Assembly (NCBI GenBank): GCA_033442325.1
Contig: JAWQFM010000001.1
Span: forward strand, 604,410-668,409
Direction: 5' to 3'
Length of the DNA: 64,000 nucleotides
Source: Salpingoeca rosetta
Lineage: Eukaryota; Protista; Choanoflagellata
Numbering within the stretch: the first letter of the stretch is position 1; each line of letters begins with the position of its first letter. Below the pieces are notes generated by a model. The model worked only from the letters and a program-made list of their open reading frames with translations. It was not told the origin of the DNA and ran no database searches. This document shows positions 62,870 to 64,000 of this stretch, one piece after another. Made by a program: the position numbers and the translations under genes.

Positions 62870-63319
62870 ATGGCGCATCAGGTTGACTTCTTGGTCGCTG
62901 GCATCGACTTCAACACGGTGCGTCCTGCCCACAGCCTTGCCTTGTTGCCTGCACGCGATTTGTTGGTGTTCTTTGCCCACACCTTTGCATCAGTTGCAGT
63001 TACCTGGCAACTGCTGTTCCCTCGACTCACGCTTGCCTCTTCTCTGCTCTTGAAACACACACCCGCACATGCACACCCACCCACACACGCACACACATCC
63101 ACATGCGAAACTTCTTGCACTCATACTGTTGCATTAGTTGGATGCACTGGAGCATCGACGCACGCTGGCATACATCAACGACTTTGTCACATCGACCACA
63201 AGCTTTCTCAACCATTTTTCCTCAGTCTGCGAAGAGGTGTGTGTGCGTGTGTGTGTGTGTCTGTCTGTCTGTCTTTGTCTGTGAGTATGAGTGTGAGTGT
63301 GCGTATCCGTCTGTCTGTT

Positions 63320-63350
<31 letters not shown>

Positions 63351-63857
63351 TTGCCTCTGGCTGGGGTCGCGCTGCGACATACTGCATGCGTTGCGCCCAT
63401 TGGCATTGACCCACCATGTGCATGTGCCCCTTCGTGTGCGTGTCTCCGGAACAGAAACTGTCGGATGTCTCCTTTCGCCTCCAGCGCTTGCAAATCACAA
63501 CGTCCATTCTCGAGGACAAGGTACTTTTTTTGAACTGGCTTGCTTGTGTTTGTTCGAGCAACAAGCTACATTTCACATGTTTTCTCGTTGACAAGCACAC
63601 ACAACCACAGACAGTCTTGCCCACTCACTCACTCACACATTCACTCACGCACTCACCCATACGCGCATGCACACACTCACTCACTCACTCGCTCACACAC
63701 TTACTCACTCACTCACACACACTTGCTTGCTCGTTCAGCTGGCCTCGATCAAGGGCCTGGAGAGTGTGACGGGAGAGACATACGTGTCCACAACAGAGAC
63801 GCCAGCTCACCAACAGACACAAACACAACAGTCGCAACCACAACAACAACAACAATC

Positions 63858-63907
<50 letters not shown>

Positions 63908-64000
63908 CACAGCAACCAGCACAACCAGCACAAGCGCAAGCGCCATCAGCCCCAGCAGAGCAGCAGCCGGGCACAGCGACTGGTGAGGGTGAAGCGCCTG
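62870..64000 (+). CDS. WASHC3: WASH complex subunit 3 (CCDC53), 5' part
   Basis: Spliced AGIDFNT|LDALEHRRTLAYINDFVTSTTSFLNHFSSVCEE|KLSDVSFRLQRLQITTSILEDK|LASIKGLESV matches the CCDC53 N-terminus. Confidence 0.9.

Overview
Eukaryotic, intron-rich, GC-rich window. Almost every intron carries (CA)n/(GT)n microsatellites and the exons carry polyQ tracts. This style plus a bona fide alpha-spectrin suggests a choanoflagellate such as Salpingoeca rosetta (inference, not verified). I built about 15 spliced gene models by hand from GT/GC-AG sites, phase continuity and recalled family motifs. In order: an unknown partial gene, alpha-spectrin, GPALPP1, a large RRM/Zn-finger/WD40/J-domain protein, METTL18, JKAMP, a polyproline + actin-fragmin-kinase-like + nitrilase fusion, EMC5/MMGT1, a bZIP factor, an AAAP amino-acid transporter, an ankyrin protein with an F-box-like tail, ubinuclein, a C5orf63-like glutaredoxin, an S9A oligopeptidase (spanning a 100-N gap), a granulin-SGNH hydrolase and the 5' part of WASHC3. 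Most ORF-track entries are microsatellite or antisense artefacts. The best novelty candidate is the actin-fragmin kinase-nitrilase fusion, whose kinase core only appears after splicing. Other unusual fusions and repeated very compact head-to-head gene pairs are also notable. All family assignments come from recalled motifs, not database searches.
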